Source: a candidate division WOR-3 bacterium (GTDB lineage: Bacteria; Hydrothermota; Hydrothermia; JBDRYB01). From it: a DNA stretch of 46,218 nt. The notes below the pieces were generated by a model. It was not told the DNA's origin, did not search any database, and saw only the letters and a program-made list of their open reading frames with translations. The stretch lies in assembly GCA_049969615.1 (NCBI GenBank), contig JBMFOM010000003.1, positions 1 to 46,218 of the forward strand, written 5' to 3'. The translations under genes and the position numbers were made by a program. Of the stretch, positions 9,756 to 18,412 are shown piece by piece; positions within the stretch are counted from its first letter, which is position 1, and the number at the start of each line of letters is the position of its first letter.

Positions 9756-10996
9756 GGGACCCTTCAAAACTGCTAGGCCTCTCGGTGGCTTTAATAGCCT
9801 TTTTGATGGTGGTATTCCACTATGGTTGGATGTCGCCAATCAAGGTAGGCCCACCAATAAACATGGTCATAATCGCCTCTGCTCTCTTTACGGTTGGCAT
9901 AGTTTCCTTTGGCTCTCTTCCCCTTACAGCCGAAAGGAGAAGGGGTTTTATTCTGGATGGTTTTTTTCTGGCCTTCGTCGCGGCGATCATCCTCTCAACC
10001 CTCATAGGCCTGAACAACGGCAACGAGTTCAAAGCAGTGGTCATAGAGGCCGCTCTGCTCTCCCTCTATGGGTGTTACTGGCTCGTTTCCAGGTTTGGGC
10101 CACCGGGAGCCTGGATGGGAAAGGCATTGTTCATAGCGCTCAACGCGGCGAGCGCAATCGTGGCACTTGAGTTTCTCTACATATACATGATTCACGGTGT
10201 CGGCAGGGTAATGAGCGAACAAACCACCATGACGATGGCGGCATTTTTCGCCGGGCTGAACTACACGATAATCTTCCGAAAAAGGCCTCCCTGGGAAAGA
10301 GCTCTAGCGTTTTTGGGCATGGGAGTGGCTCTGTTCACCGTGCTGGCGGCCATGCAGAGAACGGTGTGGGCGGCCATGGCAATCCTCCTGCCTCTCAACT
10401 TGATCCTGCTCTGGATGAAGAAATACATGAACACGAGAACCCTTATTTTTTCCCTGGGAGGAATCGCAGGCGGCATCGTGCTCATCCTGCTGGCCATATA
10501 CTTGTCTCCATTGAGGTGGACCTTGGAGTTGTTCTACGCGAGGTTCACCACCATAGGCTACGGTGTCTCGGACCCATCGCTAAGGCTTCGCTATCTGGAT
10601 TCGGCCATGGCCATGAAGCTGTTTTCCCGTTCCCCAATCCTCGGAATAGGCCTGGGCAGTCCCATATGGATACGCTGGAGCAAGGAAATGGTCCCCATCA
10701 TGGACAACTCGTTCCTGGTTTTCCTCTGGAAGACTGGAATAGCAGGAACAACGGCATTCCTCATGTTTTACCTGGCGGGGATCGCTTTGGCAATGAGGGG
10801 ATTTTTCACGGAGGGAGAAAGAGCCAAGGCTTTCGTGTATCTAGGGGTTTTCGTTCTTCTGGCTGGTCCCTTGGTCGTTGGAACAACAACCTCCATGCTC
10901 TATTCATACCGGTTCAACTTTATCCTGGGCGCGGGCATGGGTTGCCTCGCGCTCCTGAGGAAAGGGACTGAAACCGAGGGCCATGGGCTTTTATAA
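9752..10996 (+). CDS. O-antigen ligase/Wzy-family membrane protein
   Basis: About 12 TM segments; MQRTVW, SLRLR, SPILGIGLG, MDNSFLVFLWKTGIAG. Confidence 0.75.
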   Translation: MRDPSKLLGLSVALIAFLMVVFHYGWMSPIKVGPPINMVIIASALFTVGIVSFGSLPLTAERRRGFILDGFFLAFVAAIILSTLIGLNNGNEFKAVVIEAALLSLYGCYWLVSRFGPPGAWMGKALFIALNAASAIVALEFLYIYMIHGVGRVMSEQTTMTMAAFFAGLNYTIIFRKRPPWERALAFLGMGVALFTVLAAMQRTVWAAMAILLPLNLILLWMKKYMNTRTLIFSLGGIAGGIVLILLAIYLSPLRWTLELFYARFTTIGYGVSDPSLRLRYLDSAMAMKLFSRSPILGIGLGSPIWIRWSKEMVPIMDNSFLVFLWKTGIAGTTAFLMFYLAGIALAMRGFFTEGERAKAFVYLGVFVLLAGPLVVGTTTSMLYSYRFNFILGAGMGCLALLRKGTETEGHGLL

Positions 10997-11103
10997 CCCA
11001 GATTGAGCGGCGAATTATTAAGGGATCAGTCCACATAACATTTAGCCAGCTTTATTGTCTCTTCTGATTGCCCCTGGCTATTGCCCTGCTATATCCTTTA
11101 GGG

Positions 11104-11865
11104 GTGAGAATAGGTCTCATTCAGCACAATGTAGCAAGGCCGAGGGAACGGGGGCTCAGGAGGGTGGTCCAGCTGGCTAACAACCTTGAGGGTCCGGATC
11201 TCGTTCTACTGCCAGAACTTTTCGCCTCGGGCTATGGATTTTCTGACATAGACGCTGAGGCAAAGGCCTCTCGCGAGGAAGTGATTCCCTTGATGGAGGA
11301 CATCGCGAGAGGGCTGTCGGCATGGGTCGCTGGGACGCTCATACTTGAGGAGGAAGGGACATATCAGAACACCTTCGTCATGTTGGATAGAAAAGGAAAC
11401 CCGGTGCACTCTCAGGCCAAAACCCACCTCTTCAAGCCGATGGATGAACACAGGCTGTTCTCGCCTGGGGGCGAGATAAAGGCATTTGAGACGGAATTTG
11501 GCCGGGCGGGCGCGTTGATATGTTACGAGCTCAGGTTTCCAGAAATAGCCAGAAAACTCACCAGACAGGGTGCGAGGATCATCCTGGTGCCTGCAGAATG
11601 GCCTCTGGCCAGGGTTTCCGCGTGGCAAACCCTCTGTAGGGCAAGAGCAATGGAGAATCAGGTTTTCTTGGTCGCGTGCAACCGATGGGGTGGAGACAAG
11701 GTCTTTTTCGGCGGTAGATCCGGCATATATGACCCGGCCGGCGAACCGGTCGTTGAGATACATGATGGAGAGGGAATAGCATGGGCGGATGTTGACCTAT
11801 CAGCGATAGACGAGGCGAGAAAAAATCTTCCATGCTGGGAGGACAGGAGGGAGGAGCTGTATTGA
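11104..11865 (+). CDS. Carbon-nitrogen hydrolase (nitrilase/omega-amidase family)
   Basis: Catalytic triad motifs LPELF, KTHLF, ICYELRFPE; RARAMENQ. Confidence 0.9.
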   Translation: MRIGLIQHNVARPRERGLRRVVQLANNLEGPDLVLLPELFASGYGFSDIDAEAKASREEVIPLMEDIARGLSAWVAGTLILEEEGTYQNTFVMLDRKGNPVHSQAKTHLFKPMDEHRLFSPGGEIKAFETEFGRAGALICYELRFPEIARKLTRQGARIILVPAEWPLARVSAWQTLCRARAMENQVFLVACNRWGGDKVFFGGRSGIYDPAGEPVVEIHDGEGIAWADVDLSAIDEARKNLPCWEDRREELY

Positions 11866-12584
11866 GCTGGATTGATTTCAACGAACCCATAGGAATTCTC
11901 ATGCCGGAAAGCGATCCGGCCTTGGCGCTCCCCTCAGCGATCTCAATAGCCAAAAGTTTTCCCAGGCACCGGGTTTTCGTCTCGGAGGCCGCTAGGCCAT
12001 ACATAAACGTTTATATCAAAGGGGATGAAAGCCTTTCACATAGAATAGCCATTGACCTCTCACAGCCTCCTGAGACGAGGATGATGCCCAAGGGGCTAGC
12101 CATGGGCATCACTGCCAATCCAATGAACTCCTCGTTCAATGTGATCCTGAAGACGCTGTCCGATGATCCCCTGAGGGCAAGGGATGGGATTCTGGCTTGT
12201 CTGGGGATAGCCCCGGCCGAAAACGAGTGGCGAATTCCGGACGCGATGGTAAGGGCGGAGAGATACCTTGAACGTTCCGGTTATTACAAAGGGAGGATGA
12301 GGGTTTTTCTGGATTCAAAGGACCCGAAAATGGAGCAGGCTCTCAGGGAGATCTACGGCACAGAGGTGATGTTCCTGGGGCATTCACCCGCACCGCCGGA
12401 CGAAACCCTGATGCTCCTGGCAATGTCGGATTTCTATGTTGGGGCCAGAACGATTCTGACTGGATTCGCTTTCTTATTCGGGAAGAAATGCATCCTAACT
12501 GAAAGCCGGAGGGTCCCGGAAGGTGTTGACGCGAGGCCTGTCGGCAACCTGAGGAGAACCCTCAACAGAATGGGGTTCCTGTGA
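11862..12584 (+). CDS. Hypothetical protein, degenerate GT9 (heptosyltransferase)-like
   Basis: ALPSAISIAKSFP and LLAMSDFYVG...AFLFGKKCI resemble GT9 N- and C-terminal motifs, but DSGPMH is absent. Confidence 0.5.
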   Translation: MSWIDFNEPIGILMPESDPALALPSAISIAKSFPRHRVFVSEAARPYINVYIKGDESLSHRIAIDLSQPPETRMMPKGLAMGITANPMNSSFNVILKTLSDDPLRARDGILACLGIAPAENEWRIPDAMVRAERYLERSGYYKGRMRVFLDSKDPKMEQALREIYGTEVMFLGHSPAPPDETLMLLAMSDFYVGARTILTGFAFLFGKKCILTESRRVPEGVDARPVGNLRRTLNRMGFL

Positions 12585-13765
12585 ACAGGGCATTGCCTTT
12601 TGGCCTGGCTTTTCTGGCTGTTCTGACCGCGGCCACAATAGGGGTAACACAACCCGCCATATCCCGTGCCCGGAATGAGGTCAGGACAACCTCCTTGCTC
12701 CTGGCAAAATTGATGAGCAGTCTGTTCCTCTCGGTCATATCCGAGGACGAGATAGCCAGCATAATGAAGGAGGTCATAGCCAGGGTTGATTTCCCCATGG
12801 TCATAACTGACCAAGATGGCAATCCGAGGGCTTGGAAGCAGGTTGGGGTTGACCCAGACAGGTTCACCCCTGAGGAGCTTGCGGAGCCAGAGAAACTTGC
12901 GAATGATCCTGATTATCGGAAGATCGTTTCTGCTAGAGACAAACTGAGGGGACAGAATAAACCCCTCCCCATATCGGCTGGCCGCGGCGTTGTTGTGGGA
13001 TATGTGTATTTTGGCCAGCCCACGAGCCTAGCGTATCTGCGTCTGCTTCAGGCAATACTGCCATTGATGGGACTCCTGGCGTTTCTCGGTCTGCTGTGGG
13101 CCGCCAGGTCTGTTCACACCTATCAGACCGCGGCCTTCTGGGCCTCGTTCGCGAAGGGCTTGGCGCACCAGCTAGGGACCCCAGTCTCGTCATCAATGGG
13201 CTGGCTTGAGCTTCTCAAAAAAAGCCAGGGCATTGATCCGGTTGTGACCGAGGGCCTGGAATCCGATCTGGAGCGGATGAGATCAATCCTGAGGAGGTTC
13301 TCAAAGATCGGCGGCCCACCGCAGTTGGAACCAGTCCTTCTACCAAAACTAACGGAGAGTGCTTTAGCGGAGGCAAGGGCCAGGTTTCTCAGGGACATGG
13401 AGGTTGAGGTTGTGACAGAAGGCGAATGCCAGGTCAGGGGGGATTCTGAGCTTCTCTCCTGGGTGTTTGAGATACTCCTAAAGAACGCTTGGGAGGCCAG
13501 GAGGTCCGAGGGTGCGCGGGTAATAATACGGATGACTGAGGAACCGAATTGGTGTGTGGTTCAGGTGGAGGACAACGGCAAGGGTATCCCCAGGGAAAAG
13601 CAGGAGATACTCTTCAGGCGCTCGTATTCCACGAAGGAACGCGGCTGGGGCGTTGGGCTTCTCCTGGTTAAGAGAATAGTTGAGGACATCCACAGGGGAA
13701 AGGCACGCCTGCTCGTGAGCGTGCCTGGCGAGAGGACGGTTTTTGTCATTAGCCTCAGAAAGTGA
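12581..13765 (+). CDS. Membrane sensor histidine kinase
   Basis: 2 TM segments; H-box LAHQLGTP, N-box LLKNAWEA, DNGKGI, GWGVGL. Confidence 0.9.
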   Translation: MNRALPFGLAFLAVLTAATIGVTQPAISRARNEVRTTSLLLAKLMSSLFLSVISEDEIASIMKEVIARVDFPMVITDQDGNPRAWKQVGVDPDRFTPEELAEPEKLANDPDYRKIVSARDKLRGQNKPLPISAGRGVVVGYVYFGQPTSLAYLRLLQAILPLMGLLAFLGLLWAARSVHTYQTAAFWASFAKGLAHQLGTPVSSSMGWLELLKKSQGIDPVVTEGLESDLERMRSILRRFSKIGGPPQLEPVLLPKLTESALAEARARFLRDMEVEVVTEGECQVRGDSELLSWVFEILLKNAWEARRSEGARVIIRMTEEPNWCVVQVEDNGKGIPREKQEILFRRSYSTKERGWGVGLLLVKRIVEDIHRGKARLLVSVPGERTVFVISLRK

Positions 13766-13801
13766 GCACAGCCGGGTAAAGGCTCACGATCTGAGCGAAT
13801 A

Positions 13802-13830
13802 TTGATCCTGTACAGGAGGTAGGTTATAAT
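13802..13830 (+). promoter_or_regulatory. Promoter TTGATC-17-TATAAT with palindrome TCCTGTACAGGA
   Basis: ttgatcctgtacaggaggtaggttataat; ATG 6 nt downstream. Confidence 0.7.
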
Positions 13831-13836
13831 TATCCC

Positions 13837-14754
13837 ATGATGGAAGATATTGAGAGAGCCATTGATGTGGGTGATGGTTTCATGTTGAGAAACCTCACTG
13901 TGTTCCCTCTTTTCAGGAGGGATGGCGGTTCGTTTTGCCCCCTGAGAACACTTGATGAGGCCATGGCCGCTGGGTCTGTGGCCCTTCACGAGACAGGTCA
14001 GGTTCCCTGGGTTGACCTTGAGGTTGGCAAGGATGGCGGCCAGCCGGTTTTTCTAATGGATGGAGAGGGCCTTGTCGCGGGAATGCAGAACAGGGTTGTC
14101 GCCACTGCTGTTCTGGCGGAGGCTGGCCTAACCCACAGAGTTCCTGTGACCTGCGTTGAGCAGGGCAGGTGGAGTGGTGAACGAGCGTTCAAGGCCGGCT
14201 CCTCCGCTTATCCCTCCCTTAGGGCTATACTGGCAAGCAGTGTGGCCGCGTCCCTCAGAAGTGGTAGGGGTTTCTCGGCTGACCAGAAAGCGGTTTGGTC
14301 ATCGGTAAAACAGAAGCTCAGTTCCCTCCGGGTCTCTTCAGCGACCTCGTCCATGCACGACGCGTATTCGGGCCTGGAGAGGGCCATATCCGTTTTCACT
14401 GAAGGTTTCAGGCTTGACGGTGCCTCTGGTTTCATGGCGTTCGCTGGGGATGAGCTCCTCGGCCTTGACCTCCTGCCAGGCCCGGATGTGATGGCGAGCC
14501 TCCGGGAGAAGCTCGCGGAGTCCTATGCCCTTGATGCCATTGAGAGGATGAGCAGAGCTTCTCGTTTCCTCTCAAGGGATGAGGCCGTTGCTACTCTGAG
14601 ACACCTTAGCATGTTGAGATGGCATGAGTTTCCTGGTGTTAGCCTTGGCCGCGAGAAAAGGGGAGAGGACGGGGACATGATAGCGAGGGCCCTGGTTCAC
14701 AAGGACAGGCTGGTTAGCCTCTCGGCCTTTGCCAGAGCCGGAGTCGCGGGATGA
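13837..14754 (+). CDS. ARPP-1/DUF6569-family protein
   Basis: NLTVFPL, LDEA, GQVP.V, PVFLMDGE.LVAGMQNRVV, VPVTCVEQGRW, DQKAVW, SYALDA. Confidence 0.75.
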   Translation: MMEDIERAIDVGDGFMLRNLTVFPLFRRDGGSFCPLRTLDEAMAAGSVALHETGQVPWVDLEVGKDGGQPVFLMDGEGLVAGMQNRVVATAVLAEAGLTHRVPVTCVEQGRWSGERAFKAGSSAYPSLRAILASSVAASLRSGRGFSADQKAVWSSVKQKLSSLRVSSATSSMHDAYSGLERAISVFTEGFRLDGASGFMAFAGDELLGLDLLPGPDVMASLREKLAESYALDAIERMSRASRFLSRDEAVATLRHLSMLRWHEFPGVSLGREKRGEDGDMIARALVHKDRLVSLSAFARAGVAG

Positions 14755-15230
14755 TCATCAGCGAGGATTTTCCCCTGATATCCGGCGTTAAAACCAGGCC
14801 CCTGCGCGTTATCCCGGATGACCGCGGCTGGCTCACCGAGATACTTCGCTCGGATGACCCTGATTTCAGGAATTTCGGCCAGGTATATCTCACAGCGGTA
14901 TATCCGGGGGTGATAAAGGCCTGGCACTTTCACAAACAGCAGACGGATTTCATCGCCTGCATAAAGGGTATGATACGTTTGGGACTCTATGATCCCAGAG
15001 AAGACTCTCCCACAAAGGGCCGCTCCGCAGAGATATTTGCGGGTTGCCTGAACCCCCTCATGGTCGTGGTTCCGCCGGGTGTAATGCACGGGTTCCAGTG
15101 CCTGGGGACCGAGGTCGCCCTGGTCGTCAATGTACCGGACAGACCATATAACTATGATAATCCCGATGAGTTCAGGGTGGACATAGAGGACCCCTCGGTT
15201 CCATACATATGGAAGATAAGGAACCGCTAG
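14751..15230 (+). CDS. rfbC: dTDP-4-dehydrorhamnose 3,5-epimerase-family cupin
   Basis: DDRGWLTE, FGQVY, IKAWHFH..QTD, PPGVMHGF. Confidence 0.8.
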   Translation: MIISEDFPLISGVKTRPLRVIPDDRGWLTEILRSDDPDFRNFGQVYLTAVYPGVIKAWHFHKQQTDFIACIKGMIRLGLYDPREDSPTKGRSAEIFAGCLNPLMVVVPPGVMHGFQCLGTEVALVVNVPDRPYNYDNPDEFRVDIEDPSVPYIWKIRNR

Positions 15231-15262
15231 CAGTGCAGTTGCTGGTTCCCGGTTAAAAACAT

Positions 15263-16192
15263 ATGTCCTCTGTGCCTGTTTTTGATCCCTTTCACATGCC
15301 GAGGCCTTTGAACTGGACTAGCATTTTCGGGAAAGAGGCTCCGATTGAGCTGGAAATAGGCTTTGGCAGGGGGGATTTTCTGGTCCAGAGGGCGCGCGAG
15401 AGGCCTGATGTTAATCTGGTCGGCCTTGAGGTTTCCTCGCTCTCTGTTCTCAAGGCCTGGAAAAGGTTGGCCCGCGAAGGAATCCCGAATGTAAGGATAG
15501 CCAAAGTTGACGCCGCCTCTGCCCTATTCTACTTTTTCTCGGAGAGGAGCATCGTTCGGGTTTGGGTCCTGTTTCCAGAGCCATGGCCAAAGGCTCGGCA
15601 TGAGTCCAGGAGGCTACTGGGTTCGGGTTTTCTCCGTCTTCTGGCCGCCAGAACGGTTGATGGTGGTGAGCTCATGCTTGCGACAGACTGGCCCGATTAC
15701 AGGGATTGGGTGATCTCTGAGTCCGAACGTTCCGGCGCTTTTGCGCTTGAGTCCGTGGGCTGGCCAGTTCCGGTGACAAAGTATCACGAGAAGTGGCGCG
15801 CTGAGGGTAGGGATATATATCCTTTGCTTTTCAGGAAGATAAAACACCCCGATGTTTCAGGGCTTTTTTCACACGAGATTGAAATGAGTCAGATCAAGCT
15901 TGAGGTTTTCAGGGAGCTCTCGGATGTTGTTTCCGGTTTCCGGCCAGGGGCAGAGGAGTGGCCGGGCGGCCTAATTCGGATACAGAAGGCATACATTTCT
16001 TGGGAAGGCGCAGAAGCCCTTTTTCTCTGTCTGACATCCGAGCACGGTTTCATTCAAAAGTTCCATGTGTCCGCGAAGAGGGTCGGGGATGTCATCCTGA
16101 TCAAGCCCCAGGACCACGCGCACCTGGTTATAACTCCAGGAGTGAAGAGGTGCGTGGAGGCAGTCGCTAGGATCTTGATTCCCGATAAATGA
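15263..16192 (+). CDS. trmB: tRNA (guanine-N7)-methyltransferase with C-terminal extension
   Basis: LEIGFGRG, GLE, FPEPWPKARHESRRL, LATDWPDY, TKYHEKW. Confidence 0.9.
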   Translation: MSSVPVFDPFHMPRPLNWTSIFGKEAPIELEIGFGRGDFLVQRARERPDVNLVGLEVSSLSVLKAWKRLAREGIPNVRIAKVDAASALFYFFSERSIVRVWVLFPEPWPKARHESRRLLGSGFLRLLAARTVDGGELMLATDWPDYRDWVISESERSGAFALESVGWPVPVTKYHEKWRAEGRDIYPLLFRKIKHPDVSGLFSHEIEMSQIKLEVFRELSDVVSGFRPGAEEWPGGLIRIQKAYISWEGAEALFLCLTSEHGFIQKFHVSAKRVGDVILIKPQDHAHLVITPGVKRCVEAVARILIPDK

Positions 16193-16271
16193 GAGCTTGG
16201 TTCACCGAGTAATGCCAGGAAGGCAGTGAGACCCGCGCTCGTTAGCCATCGTGGCATCTAGGGGGTTGAAA

Positions 16272-16308
16272 CAAAAAGGGGCCGGTTTTGCCGCCCCCGC
16301 GTTTTTTG
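16272..16308. terminator. Likely bidirectional intrinsic terminator
   Basis: aaaaagggg-ccggttttgccg-ccccc-gcgtttttt between convergent genes. Confidence 0.55.
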
Positions 16309-16323
16309 CCCTATGGGGGGCGC

Positions 16324-17472
16324 CTATTCGCCTATCTTTTCCCCGCAATCCGGGCAGAATTTGGTTCCAGGAGGGAACTCCTTTCCGCACTTGGGGCACT
16401 TTACCGGCGCACCTAGCTTTTCTCCGCAGGATGGACAGAACTTCGCTCCCGCGGGGACATCCGCACCGCACTTTGGACACTTGGATGCCTCGGGCATCTT
16501 CGCACCGCAATGGGGACAGAACTTAGCGTCCGGAGGAACATCACCACCGCAGGACGGACACTTCACTGGCGGTGTTCCTGGTTGTGTCGGGCCACCGCCT
16601 CCGCCGCTCTTTTCCCCGCGCATGGTCTCGGCTATGACTCCTGCCATCCCCATCCCCATGCCTATGCCAGCGCCCATGCCAAGCCCCGCGCCGGCCGTGC
16701 CTCCCTCACCACCTCCTCCGCCTTTTGCGGCCTCCTCAAGCGCGCGCGCGGCCTTGAACTTGGTATAACTGTCCAGGTCGCCAATAGCGGCCATTGATGT
16801 CCTCTCATCAATAGCCTTCTGAACCTCCTCAGGCGGGGTGATGGCCTGGATATACATGTTGACCATGTAAAGACCTATGGCCTCAAAATCCTTCATCACC
16901 CTTTCCTTGAGCTCCTGACCAACCTCATCATAGACAGCGGGCAGGTCAATAATGGTCTTCATCCTCTCGCCCAGCAGGTCAGCGAGCCTGGACAGGATGA
17001 CATCCCGAAGGAAGTCCTTTATCTCCTCGGACTGATACAGACCCTTTGTGGCGACTATCTGGTTCACGAATAGCCGCGGATCCTGCACGCGCATTGTGTA
17101 TGTCCCGAACGCGCGCAGACGCACCATGCCGAATTCCTTGTCCCGGTAGACGATTGGTTCTTTCGTGCCGAACTTCATGTCCGTGAAGGTGCGCATGTTC
17201 ACGAAGTAGACCTCGGCCCTGAAGGGGCTTTTGCCGTCAAACGCCAGACCCAGCAGGTTTATGAGTATTGGGATGTTAGCGGTCTGGATCGTATAGCGGC
17301 CCGAGGTGAACATGTCAGCGACCTTTCCGTCCCTGAAGAAGACCGCGACCTGGTTCTCCCTCACCACCAACTGCGATCCCAGGCGTATGTCGCCTGAGCC
17401 CTCCTGGGGTACCCTCGCCACTATCTCCTCACCCGTGGGGGACACCCATTCTATGAGATCAAGTATACGCAT
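16324..17472 (-). CDS. SPFH/band-7-like (YdjI-type) protein with three C-terminal zinc ribbons
   Basis: GSQLVVRENQVAVF, TANIPIL, SPFRAEVYFVN, LRAFG; Gly-rich linker; three CPxCG-x6-KFCPxCG units. Confidence 0.85.
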   Translation of the reverse strand: MRILDLIEWVSPTGEEIVARVPQEGSGDIRLGSQLVVRENQVAVFFRDGKVADMFTSGRYTIQTANIPILINLLGLAFDGKSPFRAEVYFVNMRTFTDMKFGTKEPIVYRDKEFGMVRLRAFGTYTMRVQDPRLFVNQIVATKGLYQSEEIKDFLRDVILSRLADLLGERMKTIIDLPAVYDEVGQELKERVMKDFEAIGLYMVNMYIQAITPPEEVQKAIDERTSMAAIGDLDSYTKFKAARALEEAAKGGGGGEGGTAGAGLGMGAGIGMGMGMAGVIAETMRGEKSGGGGGPTQPGTPPVKCPSCGGDVPPDAKFCPHCGAKMPEASKCPKCGADVPAGAKFCPSCGEKLGAPVKCPKCGKEFPPGTKFCPDCGEKIGE

Positions 17473-17492
17473 GTTTCCTCCGTATGTTATAA

Positions 17493-17521
17493 ATTATAAC
17501 CCACTCCCTGTAAAGGATCAA
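17493..17521 (-). promoter_or_regulatory. Promoter TTGATC-17-TATAAT (shared cassette)
   Basis: Reverse complement reads ttgatcctttacagggagtgggttataat; GGAGG RBS before ATG 17472. Confidence 0.7.
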
Positions 17522-17644
17522 GTATTTGTGTCTCTGGGAACACAATCGGATAAAGGATCACGATAATTCAATGCCCATAGCCTACTGCAAGATCTCAAGA
17601 TTTAAGGAGACCCCTGAACGAAAATTCTGTAAGGCCTGTTGGTT

Positions 17645-18295
17645 TTATTTTGGTATCACATAAGTGCCGGCAATCCTATCGTGCCAGGCCCTCCTCTGGT
17701 TATCAAAAGCGGCAAGGATGAATCCAAGTCCAAAGATTATTTTGGATATGAGCTTGCCCACAACCTCGCGCAGGAAAGCCTTGCCTATCCCCGGTGGGTT
17801 GCCTTCCTTGTCCACGACCTTTATGCCCATTATCCTCTTGCCTATGGTCATCCCGGTTTTACCGGTGGGGACGATAACATAAAGGATATAAGCCACTATA
17901 ACCCCAGCCAGGCCAATTATGAGGCCAATTAGACCGCCTATTCCAGCCAGGTTCTTGCCAACGCGGCCAAAGATGAGGAAGGGTAAGCCCCAAAGCAGGA
18001 GGAATACCGCTGTTCCTATGGCTCCCAGGATCAGCCCCAGGATCAGTCCGTCAAGGATTACACAGGCCACGAACCTCCGCCACCAACCGGCGAACTGTCC
18101 CGTGGACCAGCTGAACGGGAAGCCCTCCTCGGCCGTCGATGTGAACTGGCCGTGCATGGTTGGCTTTGCCGGCGCGGGCGTCTCGGGCATGAACTTCGTT
18201 TCCTCCACCTTCTCTTCAATGGTAAAGCCGCAGTGGGGGCAGAACTTTGCCTGCTCCGCGACCTCAGCTCCGCAGTTTGGGCATGTCTTTGTCAA
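17645..18295 (-). CDS. RDD-family membrane protein with N-terminal zinc ribbon
   Basis: CPNCG..FCPHCG; AGWWRRFVA..LD, GMTIGKRIMGIKVV, WHDRIAGTYV; AAGGAGG RBS with TTG start. Confidence 0.88.
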   Translation of the reverse strand: MTKTCPNCGAEVAEQAKFCPHCGFTIEEKVEETKFMPETPAPAKPTMHGQFTSTAEEGFPFSWSTGQFAGWWRRFVACVILDGLILGLILGAIGTAVFLLLWGLPFLIFGRVGKNLAGIGGLIGLIIGLAGVIVAYILYVIVPTGKTGMTIGKRIMGIKVVDKEGNPPGIGKAFLREVVGKLISKIIFGLGFILAAFDNQRRAWHDRIAGTYVIPK

Positions 18296-18412
18296 AACAA
18301 ACCTCCTTGTTTTGGATAAGGATAAGGCAAATTGCTATCTTCGCGCAACTTGCATTCGCGCGCGCGCGGCCCTTAAAATTACTCGCGCAAAGAGCAGAGG
18401 AGGTTTTTACAA

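Noticed and set aside
16313-16768. Antisense ORF with repeated PQxGQN/PHxGH motifs, and other shadow ORFs
   Set aside because: Mirror of the zinc-ribbon repeats or of well-supported genes on the opposite strand.
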